A stretch of 64,000 nt of DNA, from NCBI GenBank assembly GCA_963784065.1, contig CAWAQA010000004.1, positions 341,087 through 405,086 of the forward strand, given 5' to 3'. Numbering within the stretch: position 1 is the first letter of the stretch; each line of letters begins with the position of its first letter. Shown one piece after another: positions 36,047 to 46,339 of the stretch. Below the pieces are notes generated by a model. It ran no database searches, was not told the origin of the DNA, and was given only the letters and a program-made list of their open reading frames with translations. A program made the translations under genes and the position numbers. Origin of the DNA: an uncultured Acidobacteriota bacterium. Lineage in GTDB: Bacteria; Acidobacteriota; Vicinamibacteria; Vicinamibacterales; UBA2999.

Positions 36047-37758
36047 ATGCTGCGCTTCCTCCGCATCCGCAACCTTGCGGTGATCGAGGCCGTCGAGGTC
36101 GAATTCGAGCCCGGCTTCAACGTCCTGACCGGCGAGACCGGCGCGGGGAAGTCGATCCTCGTCGAGGCCGTCGGCCTGCTGCTCGGCGCCCGCGCCTCGT
36201 CCGACCTGGTGCGCACCGGCGAGGCCCAGGCGGCCATCGAGGCGATCTTCGAAGAACCGGGCGGCCGCGAGCTGATCGTGCGGCGCGAGATCACCAGCCA
36301 GGGCCGCAGCCGCTCGTTCATCAACGGCGCGCTCGCCACCGCGGCGGCGCTGCGCGACATCTCGGCGCGCCTCGTCGAACTGCACGGCCAGCACGAGCAC
36401 CAGGCGCTGCTCGATCCGCTCACGCACCTGCCGCTGCTCGATCACTACGCCAGTCTCGAGGAGCTGTCGGGGCGCGTGGGGGCCGCCTGGGGCGAGGTGC
36501 GGACGCTGCGCGAGCAGCTCGAGCGATCGCGCATGGACGCCCGCGAGAAGGCGGCGCGCCTCGACCTGATTGCGTTCCAGCTCGGCGAGATCGAGAAGGC
36601 GGCCCCGAAGCCCGGCGAGGACGAGGAGCTCGCAGCCACGAAGCAGGTGCTGGCCAGCGCCGAGCGCATCCAGCGGCTCTGCGAGGAAGGCTACGCCGCG
36701 CTCTACGAGCGAGACGACGCGGTGCTCGCCGGACTGGGCGGCGTCTGGAAGCGGGTCGGCGAGCTGGCGTCGATCGAGCCGCAGTTCGCGCCGTACCTCG
36801 ACGCGCGCGACGGCATCAAGTCGCAGCTCGAGGATCTCGCCTTCTTCCTGCGCAGCTACGCGGAGGGCGTCGACGCGTCGCCGGCGCGCCTGCAGCAGGT
36901 CGAGGACCGGCTGGCGCTGCTCGAGCGGCTGAAGCGCAAGTATGGACCGACGCTCCAGGACGTGATCGACGCGGGTGACACGCTCGCGCGCGAGCGCGCG
37001 CTGCTTGCCGGGGGAGGAGAGCGAGCCGAGGATCTGCAGCAGGCGCTCGCTGCCGCCAGCGATCGGTATCTCGCGGCGGCGCGCGCGCTCTCAGGCCAGC
37101 GGCGGAAGGCGGCCGTCCGCGGTTTGCGCGCCAGCTCGAAGCCCTGCTCGCGGAACTGGCGATGGCGCGCACCCGCTTCGAGGTCCGTTTCAACGAGGGC
37201 GAGCTGTCCGAGGCGTCGTGGAGCGAGCGCGGGATCGACCAGGCCGAGTTCTTCGTCTCGCCCAATCCGGGCGAGGACCTGCGCCCGCTCGCACGCATCG
37301 TCTCGGGCGGCGAGCTGTCGCGCGTGATGCTGGCGTTGAAGACGCTGGCGGCGTCCGACGCGGCGGGGAAGACGCTGATCTTCGACGAGGTGGATGCGGG
37401 CATCGGCGGCCGGGTGGCTGACGTCGTCGGGGCGAAGCTGCGGACGCTCGGAGGCCGCTTTCAGGTGCTGTGCATCACCCACCTCCCGCAGATTGCCGCG
37501 CGGGGCACGACCCAGTTCCTGATCGAGAAGCGCGTCCGCGGCAATCGCACGGTGACCTCGGTCGAGCGCCTCGACCATGCCGGGCGGGTGGAGGAGATTG
37601 CGCGCATGATCGGCGGCGCCGCCGTCACGGAGCCGTGCGCGCCAGCGCCCGGGAATTGCTGGGCGCGGCGGCCGGAGGCGAAAGCGAAAGTGCCGAAAGG
37701 CGAAAGCGAAAGTCCCAAAGGGCCCGCTCTGAAAGCGCGACGCTCAGACCGTCGATGA
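36047..37758 (+). pseudogene. recN: DNA repair protein RecN. Two frame breaks (about 37120 and about 37640). The 3' end is uncertain.
   Basis: [47 protein letters not shown] carries the Walker A. ELHGQHEHQ. After ...RRKAAVR the sequence continues FARQLEALLAELAMARTRFEV...SGGELSRVMLALK...LIFDEVDAGIGG...CITHLPQIAA in ORF 37162. The family-typical tail VRASARELL is in a third frame. Stops are available at 37732, 37758 or 37814, depending on the frame. Confidence 0.88.
37677..37720 (+). repeat. 22-nt direct tandem repeat (2 units) built from CGAAAG hexamers
   Basis: ggcgaaagcgaaagtgccgaaa (37677-37698) is followed by ggcgaaagcgaaagtcccaaag (37699-37720). Confidence 0.8.
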
Positions 37759-37795
37759 CGGCGCAGGCACGGCCCCGCAGGCCTTTGGATATGTT

Positions 37796-39199
37796 GTGGC
37801 GAAGAAATACCTGATCGAGACGTTCGGCTGCCAGATGAACGTCCACGACTCGGAGCGTATGGCGGGCCTGCTGGACCAGGCCGGCTACGAGCCGACCGCC
37901 GACGACGCTGACGCCGACGTCATCGTCATCAACACCTGCAGCGTGCGCGAGCACGCCGAGGAGAAGCTCTATACGCGTCTCGGCGAACTGCGCGTGCTTC
38001 ACGAAGAGACCGGGCGCAAGCCGCTCGTCGCGGTCGCCGGCTGCGTCGCGCAGCAGGAAGGCGGCCTGCTGCTGAAGCGGACGCAACGGCCACGTGATCG
38101 ACGTCGTCATCGGCACGCAGCGGCTGAAGATGCTGCCGGTCCTGGTCGAGAAGGCGGCGCGGTCGGCGTTCGGCCGAGGTCGACATCAACCCGTGGGACG
38201 ACGTGACGTTTCCGCTCGGGATCACGCGGCGCGGCGATCCGGTCAAGGCCTACGTGACGATCATCGAGGGGTGCAACGACTACTGCGCGTTCTGCGTCGT
38301 ACCGTATACGCGCGGGCACGAGCGGATGCGCGCGAAGGCCGACATCCTCGCCGACGTGCGCGAGGCGGTGGCCTCAGGCCGCAGGGAGGTCCAGCTTCTC
38401 GGGCAGATCGTGAATCACTACCAGGCGCCCGACGATCCGGCCTGCGACTTCGCGCAGCTGCTCGCCGAGGTCAACGATGTCCCGGGGGTGGAGCGGATCC
38501 GGTTCGCGAGCCCGCATCCGCGGCACACCGGCGCACGTCTGATCGAGGCGGTCCGCGATCTGCCGAAGGTGTGCAAGCACCTGCACCTGCCGGTGCAGTC
38601 CGGATCGTCGCGGGTGCTGGCGGCGATGCGGCGCCGGCACACGCGCGAGGAGTATCTGGATCTCGTGGGGCGCATCCGCGAGGCGATCCCGGGCGTGACG
38701 CTCTCGACCGACATGATTGTCGGCTTCCCCGGAGAGACGCGCGGAAGACTTCGGGGAGACGCTGTCGCTCACCGCCGCCGCGCAATACCACAGCATGTTC
38801 TCGTTCAAGTACTCGGTGCGGCCGAACACGCTCGCGTCGAAGCGGATGCCGGACGACGTGCCCGAGGACGAGAAGACGGCGCGCATCGTCGCGCTGCAAT
38901 CGCTGCAGCGGGACATACAGACGCGGCTGCACGAGGCGGCGGTCGGCACGATGGTCGACGTCCTGGTCGATCAGGCGAGCCGGCGGCGCGACGGCGAGAT
39001 ATCGGGCAGGACGTCGGGGAACACCGTGGTGAGTTTCCCGGTCCCCGCCGATGGCCGGGACAGCAAGCCCGCCGACTGGATCGGGCGGACGGTGCCGGTG
39101 ATGATTACGCGGGCCGGCCCTCACAGCCTGACGGGGAAGGCAGCCATTGACGCGGGCAGGCATCGTTCCTGCAACGCCGAGCACGCCCATGCTGATTGA
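37796..39199 (+). pseudogene. miaB: tRNA (N6-isopentenyl adenosine(37)-C2)-methylthiotransferase MiaB. Three frame breaks.
   Basis: MAKKYLIETFGCQMNVHDSERM...VIVINTCSVRE...AVAGCVAQQEG lies in ORF 37796. IDVVIGTQRLKMLPVLVEKAA lies in ORF 38094. The radical-SAM part VTIIEGCNDYCAFCVVPYTRGHERMR...LHLPVQSGSSRVL...TDMIVGFPGET lies in ORF 38203. The TRAM end FGETLSL...MFSFKYSVRPNT...GRTSGNTVVSF...VMITRAGPHSLTG lies in ORF 38717..39199. Confidence 0.9.
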
Positions 39200-39674
39200 G
39201 ATGACGATCAAAGGGTTGATGGTGGATCCGATCACCAACATGCCCATCGTGATCCTGAAGGACAAGGAGGGCGAGCGCGTCCTCCCGATCTGGGTCGGCA
39301 TCTTCGAGGCGAACGCCATCGCGCTGCAGATCGAGAACATCGCGACGCCGCGGCCGATGACGCACGACCTGCTGCGCAACGTCATCACCGATCTCGACGG
39401 TCAGGTCGATCGCGTCGTCGTCTGCGACCTCAAGGACAACACCTTCTACGCCATCATTCACCTGACCGTCCGGGGCGAGCGCGTGGCCGTCGACGCGCGG
39501 CCGAGCGACGCGATCGCCCTGGCGCTGCGCACGCGGTCGCCCATCCTGGTGGAGGAGACGGTCATCGACAACGCCAAGACCGTCGACTTCGCATCCGAAC
39601 GGGCGGACAGCGATCGCCTCCAGAAGTGGCTCGAGAGCCTCGACCCCGACGAGCTCGGCAAGTACAAGATGTAA
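39189..39674 (+). CDS. bifunctional nuclease family protein (BFN/DUF151)
   Basis: MLIEMTIKGLMVDPITNMPIVILKDKEGERVLPIWVGIFEANAIA...RPMTHDLL...VVVCDLKDNTFYAIIHL...DARPSDAIALALR. ATG 39189 overlaps the miaB end by 11 nt. The ORF opens at 39147. Confidence 0.8.
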   Translation: MLIEMTIKGLMVDPITNMPIVILKDKEGERVLPIWVGIFEANAIALQIENIATPRPMTHDLLRNVITDLDGQVDRVVVCDLKDNTFYAIIHLTVRGERVAVDARPSDAIALALRTRSPILVEETVIDNAKTVDFASERADSDRLQKWLESLDPDELGKYKM

Positions 39675-39686
39675 GGACACGCGCGA

Positions 39687-39706
39687 ATTGTCGGCCGGCC
39701 GACAAT
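39687..39706 (+). terminator. perfect 20-nt palindrome attgtcggcc/ggccgacaat, 13 nt after the nuclease stop
   Basis: Seen in the sequence. It would form an 8-bp stem with a ccgg loop. No U-tract follows, so its terminator function is inferred only. Confidence 0.4.
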
Positions 39707-39830
39707 GGAACATGGCGTTCCCCAGCCGCCCGTTCTCGTCCGTCATTCTCCAACTCTTCAATCACCACGGCGCTGCCTTCAATGTCTTGGGGGTGCCGCT
39801 TTGGGACATGGCCTATTTGGTGGTTTGCAG

Positions 39831-39859
39831 TTGACGCCCGCATGGCTCGTCCCTACAAT
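39831..39859 (+). promoter_or_regulatory. sigma-70-type promoter upstream of parA
   Basis: TTGACG (39831-39836), a 17-nt spacer, then TACAAT (39854-39859), 37 nt upstream of the parA ATG. Confidence 0.6.
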
Positions 39860-39895
39860 GGCCACCAACCCTCCTGCACAGTTTTTCAATACCTG

Positions 39896-40663
39896 ATGAT
39901 CGTTGCCATCGCGAACCAGAAAGGCGGAGTCGGCAAGACCACAACAGCCGTGAACCTTGCCGCCGCCTTGGCGATGCGCGGCAAGAAGACGCTGCTCATC
40001 GATCTCGATCCTCAGGCCAACAGCAGCATCTCGTTCCTCGACCTCGCCCTGGTCGCGCGCAGCACCTACGATGCGATGGGCGACCGCACGCGGCTGGCGG
40101 AGATCATTCTGCCGACGCCGCTCCCGAACCTGTTCATCGCTCCGGCGCGCATCGCGCTCGCGAAGCTCGAGGCGCGCCTGGTGGGTGAGCTCGACGCGCA
40201 CTTCAAACTGAAGGACAAGATCGCGGAGCTCGATGGGCAGTATCCGCACATCGTGATCGACTGCCCGCCGGCGCTCGGCCTGCTGACGGTCAACGCGCTG
40301 GTCGCGGCGACACACCTGCTCATCCCGATCCAGTCGTCGTACTTCGCGCTCGAGGGCACGGACGACCTGCTCGAGACGATCGAGAAGGTTCGCCAGCGGC
40401 CGAACCCGGGGCTCCGCATCCTCGGCGTCGTCATCACGATGCACGACAAGCGGACGGCGCTGGCGCGCGACATCCGCGAACAGATCCAGAAGGTCTTCGG
40501 CGGCAAGGTCTTCAAGACGGTGATCAGCAAGAGCGTCCGGCTCGAGGAAAGCCCTGCCTACAAGGAATCGATCTTCACCTTCGCGCCGGAGTCCAGCGGC
40601 GCCACCGACTACTACAGTCTTTGCGAGGAGGTCATCGAACGTGCCGAAGCGCGGACTGCCTGA
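39896..40663 (+). CDS. parA: chromosome partitioning ATPase ParA (Soj)
   Basis: MIVAIANQKGGVGKTTTAVNLAAALA carries the deviant Walker A. LLIDLDPQANSS. VIDCPPALGLLTVNAL. The ORF opens at 39626, but the protein-like sequence starts at ATG 39896, downstream of the promoter. Confidence 0.9.
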   Translation: MIVAIANQKGGVGKTTTAVNLAAALAMRGKKTLLIDLDPQANSSISFLDLALVARSTYDAMGDRTRLAEIILPTPLPNLFIAPARIALAKLEARLVGELDAHFKLKDKIAELDGQYPHIVIDCPPALGLLTVNALVAATHLLIPIQSSYFALEGTDDLLETIEKVRQRPNPGLRILGVVITMHDKRTALARDIREQIQKVFGGKVFKTVISKSVRLEESPAYKESIFTFAPESSGATDYYSLCEEVIERAEARTA

Positions 40664-41462
40664 GACGCTGCGGATGCGACACGACGAGCACTACGTCGAG
40701 GCGCTCGCCGCGTCCGCGGGGTCGCCGGTCGGCCGGCTCGTCCCGATCGACATGCTGGACCCGAACCCGGGGCAGCCGCGGCAGGTGATGGGCGACCTGT
40801 CGGAGCTCATGGCGTCGGTCGCCGAGAAAGGCGTCATCGAGCCGCTCGTCGTGCGCCAGCGCGGCGGCCGCTATCAGATCATCGCTGGCGAGCGGCGCTA
40901 TCACGCCGCGGTCCAGGTCGGGCTTCGCGAGCTCCCGGTCGTCATCCGCGAGGCCGACGACGTGGAGGTCATGGAGCTGGCGCTGGTCGAGAACCTCCAG
41001 CGGAAGGACCTCACGGCGTTCGAGGAAGCGGAGGCGCTTGCAGCAGCTCGCGCAACGTGCCGCTATACGCACGAGGACATGGCGCGGAAGCTGGGCAAGT
41101 CGCGGACGACGATCACCGAATCGCTGTCGTTGAACAACATGCCGGAGGAGGTCCGCAACCTTTGTCGGCTGGCCGACATTTCGTCGAAGTCGACCTTGCT
41201 TCAGATCGTGCGGCAGTCGGATCCGGCGAAGATGCTCGCGCTCGTCGAGAAGCTCGCCGGCCAGGGCGTGGCGACCCGCGAGCAGGTCCGCAAAGAGACG
41301 GCCAAGCCGACGCCCGGCCGCCCGAAGTCGTTCGTCTTTGCGTTCCGCCCGCCGACGAAGACCTTCAACCTGCGTATGAGTTTCAACAAGGGGAAGGTCG
41401 ACAAGTCGGAGATCATCGCCGCGCTGGAGAACATCATCAAGGAACTGCGGACGGGGCAGTAA
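40641..41462 (+). CDS. parB: chromosome partitioning protein ParB (Spo0J)
   Basis: Intact 273-aa ORF. LDPNPGQPRQ. GVIEPLVVRQRGGRYQIIAGERRYHAA carries the ParB box. LVENLQRKDL. HTH region MARKLGKSRTTITESLSL. Confidence 0.9.
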   Translation: MPKRGLPETLRMRHDEHYVEALAASAGSPVGRLVPIDMLDPNPGQPRQVMGDLSELMASVAEKGVIEPLVVRQRGGRYQIIAGERRYHAAVQVGLRELPVVIREADDVEVMELALVENLQRKDLTAFEEAEALAAARATCRYTHEDMARKLGKSRTTITESLSLNNMPEEVRNLCRLADISSKSTLLQIVRQSDPAKMLALVEKLAGQGVATREQVRKETAKPTPGRPKSFVFAFRPPTKTFNLRMSFNKGKVDKSEIIAALENIIKELRTGQ

Positions 41463-41657
41463 GCCAGAGGAAGTCCGGGCCCGCCGCCGCTATCCTCCTG
41501 CGGCGTTAGTTAACATAACGCCTATTATGCGACCTTAGGGAAACGGCCCGGAAAAGGGGCCTGTGGATGAATTGTGGATGGTCCGGGCCCGCCGTTCCGC
41601 GCCGAAGGACTCGGCGCCTCCCGGCTTCCACCGAAGATCCGGCTGACTCGATGCCGT

Positions 41658-43865
41658 TCAGGCGGTCCAGTTCAGCGCCGCGAAATGCCGGTCCGGAACG
41701 TCCAGCTCAATCGGCCGATGCCGCGGATGATGCTCGATTTCGGTGCCGTTGCTGTTGAGCGCGACGAGGAAGGCCACCGGATCGTGCGTCTGGACCTGGA
41801 GGCACTGGAACGGCACGGCGAGCTCCACCACCGATCGAACGGCCACCTCGAGTCCGGCGCATTCGCCGTCGGCCCAGCTCCCGCCCTTGCTCCGCTCCAT
41901 CAGCCGCGCTGACGCCTTGCCGTCGGACCCGATCGAGACCAGGACCCGTACGCCCGACGGCTTCAGGAAGTTGATGGTCAGCTCCAGGCCGTGGCCGACG
42001 ACATCGCGCATCGGCCGCGGGCCATCCACTCGAATGAACAGGCGCTCGAGGTCGAACCCGAACTCGATCAACGCGACACTGGCCTCGCGCGCCGCCACCT
42101 GGTGCATCGCGCCGGCCGCGCCGCCGTCGTCCACGCAGCCGGCGCCGACCCATTCGAAGTAGCTGGTGACCTCGCCGTCGATCGACGGCGCAATGAAGCC
42201 CGTGGGCCGCTGGATCTCGACGCCTGCCGCCTGCGTCGTGATGTTGGTGACGAACAGCTCCTCGGGAATCGGCTTGTCCAGCGCGCGATAGACGTTGCGC
42301 ACGTGGCGGCGGAAGAGCTCGTCGAACTCCAGGTCGTGGTCGGAGGAATGGTCGTCGCCGTACCACCAGAACCAGTCGCTGCCTTCGGCGATGAGCATCT
42401 CCTCACGCGCCTGGGCCAGCGATTCCTGCGGCAGACCCGGAGCGGGGGCATCGAGCGCGCGCCGCGCATCGGCCAGCTGCGCCCAGGCACGGTGGTCGTC
42501 GGCGTGGCCGATCCAGATGTAGAAGTCGCTGTTGATCCACGAGCCTGGGAAGATCGACGGCAGGAACTCGTGGCGCATCGGCGCACGCCTCGGCCATCGT
42601 CACGGTGTGCAGCTCGGGATGCGAGGCGAGCCGCTGATAGAGCGCCCGCAGGAACGGCCGCCCCTGCCGGTCGTAGTGCTCCCAGGCGTTCTCGCCGTCG
42701 AGGATGACGAAGATGGTGGCGTCTTCCCCGCCAGGTTTGCTGGGAAAGCGGCGGCCCGCCTCGACAAGGCGGCGCACGAAGTCGTCCGCGGCCCCATCCG
42801 CGGACCATGACGCGTAGGTGAACCCGATGAGATCGGACAGCGTGTGGTCGCGAAACCCGACGGCGACCGACTGCGCCGACTCCGACGCGGTACGGCGCGA
42901 TAGAGCAACTCCGGCAGATCGACGTGGCCGTCCGCGGTCCGCGTGAACGCGCGGCCGAGGGTCCGCGACAGGATCTCTTCGTCCGTCGCCATCCACCGGA
43001 ACCCGGCCTTGGCGACGAGCGGCACCATCGCGTCCGAGACCGACCCTTCGGACGGCCACAGCCCATCGGGCCTGCGGCCGAACAGCCGCTCGTGCAGGGC
43101 GACCGCGCGGGCGAGTTGTTCGGCGGCGTCTTCGGGATGCCGGAAGCGCTCGCGCGGCATTCGCGAATGCGGGTGGGTCCGCAGGTAGATGTCGGTGTCG
43201 CACAGCAACGGCAGGATCGGGTGGTAGAACGGCGAGGTCGACAGCTCCACCTGGCCGCGGTCCGAGGCGGCCGCGGTACTCGGGCACGACCTGCCGGAGG
43301 ATTTCGAGCTCGACGCCCGCAGGACGAGCTTGTCCTCCTCGGTGAAGCCGCGCCCCTTGGCGACCAGCGCGCGCACCCGGTCGTCGCGCTCGAAGTAGAA
43401 CGGGTCGATCCACACGAGCTTGTGCCAGACCTGCAGGTCGCGCAGGTCGTCGGCGGTGAACTGCGGCGGACTGCGCCCGCGCGCTCAACCCGACGCCGTT
43501 GCGGCCTCGCTTCGCCAGCAGCTCCGCGTATCGCGGGTACGGGTCGATCATGTGGTGCCGGTGGGCGTGGAAGAAGTTCTCGACGCAGAAGGCGCGCTCC
43601 TCCTCCGTCAGCGCGGCGGCCGGCTTGAGCCCGAGCTCGAGGTGCCGGTCCCGGCGCGCCCCGCCGCAAACGCCTCGAGCTGCACGAGCAGCGACGGCAC
43701 CAGGTTGAACGTCATCTTGACCGAGGGGAACTCGCGCAGCAGCGCCACCATGCCCCAGTAGTCCTTCAGGGCGTGCAGGCGGACCCAGGGGAGGATGTGC
43801 TCGCCGGTCACCAGGTCCTGGTAGAACGGCTGATGCATGTGCCAGAGCAGCGCGACGCGCGTCAT
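41658..43865 (-). pseudogene. glycoside hydrolase family 57 protein (alpha-glucan-active, about 735 aa). About seven frame breaks.
   Basis: GH57 hallmarks are spread over four ORF fragments. [17 protein letters not shown] lies in ORF 43608..43928. ELSTSPFYHPILPLLCD and GLWPSEGSVS lie in ORF 42600..43415. IFVILDGENAWEHY lies in ORF 42403..43938. INSDFYIWIGH and IAEGSDWFWWYGDDH lie in ORF 41658..42578. Confidence 0.85.
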
Positions 43866-43927
43866 AATCAACACCAGGCTTCGAGGCCCGGGGCCCGGCA
43901 CCCGGGCAGCTCGAGGCCGCAGCAGCA

Positions 43928-45157
43928 ATGCGAATCATCGACCGCTACGTGATCCGTGAAGTGCTGTGGCCGTTCTGTCATCGGCCTGCTCGTGTTCACG
44001 TTCCTCTTCATTATTCCCTACCTGATCAAGCTTGCCGAAGACCTGATCGCGAAGGGGGTGTCGGCCACGGTCATCGCTGCAGCTGATGATCATGCTGCTG
44101 CCGTCCGGCGCTCGCGCTGACCATCCCGATGTCGCTGCTGCTCGGGCTGCTGGTCGCCTTCGGCCGGCTCTCCGCTGACCGCGAGTTCGTGGCGATGCAG
44201 GCGTGCGGCGTCAGCCTGACGCGGCTGCTGCGGCCGGTCGGCCTGCTGTCGATGACCGGCTGCGCGGCCACGATCGTACGTCCTGATCGTCGCGCTGCCC
44301 AACACCAATCAGGCGTTCCGCGAGATCATGTTCGACGTCGTCGCCGCGCGCGCCGAAGGCGAGGTCAGGCCGCGCGTCTTCTTCGAGGACTTCCCCGACC
44401 TCATGCTCTACGTCCGCGAGGTGTCGCCCTCCGGCGGCGGCTGGAACGACGTGTTCATGGCCGACACCCGCAACGGGTCGCACGGCCGTCTACCTGGCCC
44501 GGCACGGGCGCGTGCTCATCGACCGCGAGAAGGCGACGGTCGAAATGGTGCTCGAAGACGGCTCGCGCCACACCGCGGATACGGACGGGAAGTACGAGGT
44601 GTTCACGTTCGATCGCATGCTGCCTCAGCCTGAACCCGGAGTCGGTGTTCCCGAGCAGGGCGCCGCCGAGAGGCGACAACGAGATGACCATCGCCGAGCT
44701 GCGGGCGCGGGCGGCGGAGCTCGCAGGGAGGGACTGTCGACGCACAACCAGCTGATGGCGATCCACCAGAAGTTCTCGATCCCGGTGGCGTGCCTGGTGT
44801 TCGGCCTGATCGGCCTGGCGCTCGGCGCCACCAACCGCCGCGACGGCAAGCTGGCCAGCTTCGTCATCGGCATCGGCGTCATCTTCGTCTACTACGTCGT
44901 GCTCTGGTGGGCCAGGCGATGGCCAAGGGCCACATCTGCCGCCGTGGCTCGCCGTCTGGCTGCCGAACATCGTTCTCGGCGCGCTCGGCGTGCTGCTGTT
45001 CGTCTGGCGCAAGCGCGCCGCGGACCAGCCGCTGCGGCTCGCCCTGCCGGCGCGCTGGCGGCGTCCGGCGACTCCATCAACCGCCGAGGCGGCGCCGGTC
45101 GGGCACGGTGAGCCGCATGGCGCCCCGGGTTCGCGTCGCGGCTGTCCGCGGCGCTGA
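43928..45157 (+). pseudogene. lptF: LPS export ABC transporter permease LptF. About six frame breaks.
   Basis: ATG 43928 opens [16 protein letters not shown], too short to appear in the ORF track. IGLLVFTFLFIIPYLIKLAEDLIAKGV. MSLLLGLLVAFGRLSADREFVAMQACGVSLTRLL lies in ORF 44129. FDVVAARAEGEVRPRVFFEDFPDLMLYVREV lies in ORF 44328. MAIHQKFSIPVACLVFGLIGLALG lies in ORF 44512. LAVWLPNIVLGALGVLLFVW is from my own translation. The stop at 45155-45157 overlaps the lptG ATG. Confidence 0.8.
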
Positions 45158-46274
45158 TGCCGATGCCGGGCATCCTCGATCGCTACGTGGCCACGAGCTA
45201 CCTGCGCGTGCTCGGCGCTGGCGGCGCTCGGCATGGCCGGCATCTTCTACATCTCGACCTTCCTCGACCTCGCGGACGAAGTGTTCAAGGGACAGGCGAC
45301 GTGGGCCATGCTCGGCGAGTACTTCTGGTACACGACGCCGCAGTACATCTACTACATCCTGCCGCTGGCCGTGCTGCTCGCCACGCTGGTCACCATCGGC
45401 CTGCTGACCAAGAACAGCGAGCTGATCGTGATGAAGGCGTGCGGCATCAGCCTGTATCGCGTGGCGCTGCCGATGCTCGTCGGCGGGCTGCTCGCGGGCG
45501 GCGTCCTGTTCCTCCTCGAGGAGAGCGTGCTCGGGCCGTCCAATCGCCGCGCCGAAGCGATCCGCCACGTCATGCGCGGCGGGTCGCCGCAGACCTTCGA
45601 TGTCCTCAACCGTCGCTGGATCGTCGGCAGCGACGGCGAAATCTACAACTACAACTATTTCGATCCGCGCGTCACGCCAGCTCGCAGGGCTGTCGATTTA
45701 CGAGTTCGATCGCGGCATGAACACGCTGCGGCGCCGCGTCTACGCCGAGCGTGCCGTCGTACGTCGGCGGCGGCGACGGCGAAGAACGCGCCGACGTCTG
45801 GCACGCGGAGCAGGGCTGGATGCGCGAATTCGACGAAGCGGGCGAGCCGAGCCGCTTCAACGCGTTCGCGGAATCACGCGCTGACGATCGAACCGGCGAG
45901 CTACTTCGCCACGCAGCAGCCGGATCCGCGGCTACATGAGCTATTCGCAGCTGCGCGGCTACATCGTGCGGCTGCGCGAAAGCGGCTTCGACGTGATCGC
46001 GCAGCAGGTCGCGCTCGAGCGGAAGATTTCGTTCCCGTTCGTCACGCTGATCATGACGCTGATCGCCGTTCCGTTCGCCGTGACCACGGGGCGGCGGGGC
46101 GCGATGTACGGCATCGGCATCGGCATCGTGCTCGCGATCTGGTACTGGGTTACATTCAGCGTGTTCGCCGCGCTCGGCACGGGCGGGTTGCTGACGCCGC
46201 TGCTGGCGGCATGGGCGCCGAACCTGCTCTTCGGCGCGGGCGCCGCGTATCTCCTCTTGACGGTTCGCACCTGA
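45157..46274 (+). pseudogene. lptG: LPS export ABC transporter permease LptG. About four frame breaks.
   Basis: MPMPGILDRYVATSYLRVL lies in ORF 45157. MAGIFYISTFLDLADEVF...TKNSELIVMKACGISLYRVALPML lies in ORF 45233. The C-terminus YIVRLRESGFDVIAQQVALERKISFPFVTLIMTLIAVPFAV...LLLTVRT lies in ORF 45936..46274. Confidence 0.8.
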
Positions 46275-46303
46275 TGCTGCGGGATCGTTCGTTAATGTCG
46301 CAG

Positions 46304-46325
46304 GCCGGGTCCTTCCGGACCCGGC
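46304..46325 (+). terminator. hairpin gccgggtcc-ttcc-ggacccggc after lptG
   Basis: A perfect 9-bp GC-rich stem with a 4-nt loop, 30 nt after the lptG stop. No U-tract. Confidence 0.45.
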
Positions 46326-46339
46326 GCATGGAGGCGTTC

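Noticed and set aside
41467-41482. gaggaagtccgggccc resembles the universally conserved GAGGAAAGUCCGGGC segment of bacterial RNase P RNA.
   Set aside because: Only about 190 nt separate parB from the next gene. None of the other conserved RNase P regions is present, and the word recurs as a plain direct repeat at 41581. I take it as a chance similarity.
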